DNA of 64,000 nucleotides from a virus. A program made the translations under genes and the position numbers. Shown here piece by piece: positions 61,253 to 64,000 of this stretch. The stretch covers positions 1-64,000 of IMG/VR virus record IMGVR_UViG_3300021142_000021, one strand, 5' to 3'. A model generated the notes under the pieces. That model made no database searches and was not told the origin of the DNA. It was given only the letters and a program-made list of their open reading frames with translations. Position 1 is the first letter of the stretch, and each line of letters opens with the position of its first letter.

Positions 61253-62682
61253 AGAAAGTTGCTGTAGTAATTTGTGGTCAGTATCGAGAATTCGATATCG
61301 CATTTAGGTCATGGAAGTTTCTAAATCTTCCATTAGACGTTGATATCTATTTGTCGACATGGGATACGTCATACGAGGAGTTGTATGATACGTTTAATAC
61401 ACCAGCGGGTCCTATTGAGACAATTACTATCGATCGCATATTAAAGACAGTACCTAACATCAAAGATTATAAACTTAGCACAGAACCAGTCCCACGGATC
61501 AATACCATACATAAATTTGAATACCATATAAAAACTGGTTTACAGTTAATGATAGATTCTAATATAGAATATGACTATGTTATGATAATTCGTACTGATA
61601 TGTGGTTAACAAATGGAATAAGATTTGATCAAATCTTATTGGCTGATTTTTTACCAGATGATGTTGTATATGGGCCAAGCGAGTTAAATTTCAACGAACC
61701 ATTTTACGGACCTTGGGTAATAGATTGTTTTTTAATAGGCAATTATAAGACGATGAAAAAGTTTACAAAATTATCATTAAGGCCGGATGATGATTTTGGT
61801 TCAGAGCGTATGTTCGGAGACTTTTATGTGGCTGAAAATCTCCGAGCTGTACCTATACCGGGTATGTATGAATTGTTGGGTGTAAGATCTAATAGTAGAG
61901 ATTTACCGAGATTCACAGAGGCCGCTATTAGAAAGAAAACAAAGGAATGGTGGAACTTAAAACATCCAGAAAATGCAGTAGAACTTAATTCAGTAAAGAA
62001 AGTTGCCGTACTAATATGTGGGCAATATAGAGAATTCGAAACTGCTGTCAAGTCGTGGAAATTTATGCCACCCGGTATGGAATACGACATGTATATGTCC
62101 ACATGGAATACAACGTATGAAGAATTATACGACGGAGAATGGACACCTGCAACTGATATAGAAGAAGTAACTACAGAAAGAATAAGAAAAATAATCGGGT
62201 TAAAAGATTGCAAAACCTTCACAGAAATAAGCGGACCAACATTAAATAGGTTTGTATTTCTTATAAAGGCAGGAATCAATATGATGATTGATTCTGGTAT
62301 AGATTACGAATATGTTATAATAATTAGACCAGATTTATGGGTAGTTGATTCAATGATAAGTGGTATAACAGAAATATTTAAAGAGCCTATTCCAAATAAT
62401 GTTTCTTATGGGACAGGATTATTAATGAATGATGTTAATAATCTTCCCTGGGCTATGGATTGTATATGGATAGCCAATCAGCTAACCATAGAGAAATTCT
62501 TAGAATTTCCAGACAATAATCCAAATTATGGTATGGAATCGTTACTAGGTTCTTTCTATACCACTAATAAAATTGAAGTAAGATTAATACCCAATGAGTG
62601 GGAAATGGCTATAGTAAGATCGAATTGCAAAGATCTACCAGAATTTACAGAAGAAGCTATTAGAAAAAAATCTATAGAATAG
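61249..62682 (+). CDS. Family A, copy 9 (two tandem domains)
   Basis: KKVAVxICGQYREF...STW...IIRxD occurs twice. Confidence 0.7.
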   Translation: MKKVAVVICGQYREFDIAFRSWKFLNLPLDVDIYLSTWDTSYEELYDTFNTPAGPIETITIDRILKTVPNIKDYKLSTEPVPRINTIHKFEYHIKTGLQLMIDSNIEYDYVMIIRTDMWLTNGIRFDQILLADFLPDDVVYGPSELNFNEPFYGPWVIDCFLIGNYKTMKKFTKLSLRPDDDFGSERMFGDFYVAENLRAVPIPGMYELLGVRSNSRDLPRFTEAAIRKKTKEWWNLKHPENAVELNSVKKVAVLICGQYREFETAVKSWKFMPPGMEYDMYMSTWNTTYEELYDGEWTPATDIEEVTTERIRKIIGLKDCKTFTEISGPTLNRFVFLIKAGINMMIDSGIDYEYVIIIRPDLWVVDSMISGITEIFKEPIPNNVSYGTGLLMNDVNNLPWAMDCIWIANQLTIEKFLEFPDNNPNYGMESLLGSFYTTNKIEVRLIPNEWEMAIVRSNCKDLPEFTEEAIRKKSIE

Positions 62683-62714
62683 TATCATCTAAAACATCCG
62701 GAAAGTATAATATT

Positions 62715-63680
62715 ATGAAAAATTATAAATTAGGCGTCGGACCCATGAGTCACGAAATCATTGAGTCTATTAATGAATACGGAGAGACTAATAAATTAAT
62801 GGTAGTGGCATCACGCAATCAAGTTGACTATAATCATGGTTATGTATGTACCTCTAAAGAATTAACTAACCTAATTCTTAATCCTGGTATTCTTATTTGT
62901 CGAGATCATTGCGGACCTTATTTTAGCGACTCTGATAAAGGCCTGTCATTGGCCGCAGCTATGGATGAATGTAAAAAGACTATAACAGAAGATATTGAGG
63001 CAGGATTTGACCTCATACATATCGACGTATCAAAGATAGCCGACAATCAATTTGTATACGCTAAGGAACTAATCGAGTTTACATTAGATCTTAGTCCAAA
63101 TATTATGATGGAGTTCGGCAGCGAAAATAATACAGGTAAAAACTTAGATAATAGCTTATCTCATATTAGTGAACAATTAGATTTCATTACACAATATGCA
63201 GGTAATATTGTATTCTTTGTCACACAGACGGGAAGCTTTACACAACATAAGCAGATGGGATCATTTGATGTTAATTTCAATACGCCAATAGCACAACGGA
63301 TTCACGAAGCAGGGTTCCTATTCAAAGAACATAATGCAGACTATCTTACAAAAGAAGAAGTTAAATTGCGAAGTGCAGGAGTCGATGCACTGAATATTGC
63401 ACCGCAATTAGGAACAGTTCAAACAAGAATTTTACAGGATCTATCTAAGAATAGTGTAGAGTGGATTGATTTTGCAAACGCTGTTTATAAATCAAATCTC
63501 TGGGCCAGATGGATGCCGGCAGATCTACATGATAATAATATGGCTGTTATTGTAGCCGGACATTACATGTTTCATACACCCGAATATAAGAAATTAATTA
63601 AATCTATTGATTCGGAGTTATTCAACTCACAACTTAAGAAAGAGATGTTTGACATCTTCGATACATATACAAAGGACTAA
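62715..63680 (+). CDS. GatZ/KbaZ-like (tagatose-phosphate epimerase/aldolase accessory) protein
   Basis: ASRNQVD..GY, CRDHCGP, GFDLIHID, EFGSE, KEHNADY, NIAPQLG. Confidence 0.75.
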   Translation: MKNYKLGVGPMSHEIIESINEYGETNKLMVVASRNQVDYNHGYVCTSKELTNLILNPGILICRDHCGPYFSDSDKGLSLAAAMDECKKTITEDIEAGFDLIHIDVSKIADNQFVYAKELIEFTLDLSPNIMMEFGSENNTGKNLDNSLSHISEQLDFITQYAGNIVFFVTQTGSFTQHKQMGSFDVNFNTPIAQRIHEAGFLFKEHNADYLTKEEVKLRSAGVDALNIAPQLGTVQTRILQDLSKNSVEWIDFANAVYKSNLWARWMPADLHDNNMAVIVAGHYMFHTPEYKKLIKSIDSELFNSQLKKEMFDIFDTYTKD

Positions 63681-63681
63681 T

Positions 63682-63810
63682 ATGAACTGGATTAAAAAAT
63701 GGATAAGCGATAACTGGTTAACAAGATTACTTGCGAAACGTCGCACCGAAAAAAGATATAAGAAGAAGTTAGCAGAAATTAAAAAACGAGATCCGTTTAT
63801 TTACAAATGA
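63682..63810 (+). CDS. Small basic protein ending in DPFIYK (42 aa)
   Basis: SD AAGGA, ATG 63682, ATGA-coupled to the carbamoyltransferase. Confidence 0.7.
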   Translation: MNWIKKWISDNWLTRLLAKRRTEKRYKKKLAEIKKRDPFIYK

Positions 63811-64000
63811 ATATAATTTGGGGAATCTGTGCTCTCAACCATGATGCATCTATTACGGTGATGTCTGGTAATGAAATCCTATTTGCAGGGCACTCTGAAA
63901 GGTATTCGAGAGTTAAGAATGATCCATATTTAGATAAGGGTCTAATCGAGGCTGCTGCAAAATTCGGAACACCATCTGAGTTTATTTGGTTTGAAAGACC
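63807..64000 (+). CDS. Carbamoyltransferase NodU/CmcH family (N-terminus only, truncated by window)
   Basis: MNIIWGICALNHDASITV...FAGHSERYSRVKND; not in the ORF track. Confidence 0.85.
   Translation, partial: MNIIWGICALNHDASITVMSGNEILFAGHSERYSRVKNDPYLDKGLIEAAAKFGTPSEFIWFER

Noticed and set aside
7474-62279. Numerous short ORFs nested in or antisense to annotated genes
   Set aside because: They fully overlap well-supported genes and lack RBS or motifs.
1-64000. Genome-wide stop-codon reassignment
   Set aside because: Very long ORFs are intact under code 11, and TAG ends apparently complete genes (6243, 9092, 22531). Only the TAG at 62680 looks internal.

Overview
This is an AT-rich fragment of a large T4-like (gp55/gp46/gp47-bearing) myovirus, probably a jumbo phage. 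That assignment is inferred from protein motifs; no database search was run. From left to right the window holds: (1) a minus-strand tape-measure gene missing from the ORF track, head-to-head with a gp26-like chaperone that carries a textbook -1 frameshift cassette; (2) a ~500-nt intergenic region that folds by eye into a large, pseudoknotted minus-strand RNA that I cannot assign to a known class; (3) an endolysin, methyltransferase, glycosyltransferase, resolvase, gp46/gp47, homing endonucleases and the gp55 late sigma factor; (4) a baseplate module (gp48/54-, gp53-, hub-, gp5-, gp25- and gp6-like genes plus a 3376-aa wedge protein); (5) a ~24-kb translationally coupled glycan-biosynthesis/modification island. 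The island contains 10 domains of one uncharacterised paralog family, 6 SGNH-like proteins, glycosyltransferases, methyltransferases, a radical SAM enzyme, nucleotide-sugar enzymes and a carbamoyltransferase. The best candidates for new biology are the structured RNA, the late-expressed glycan island and the gp26 frameshift. No tRNA, rRNA or CRISPR array was seen.
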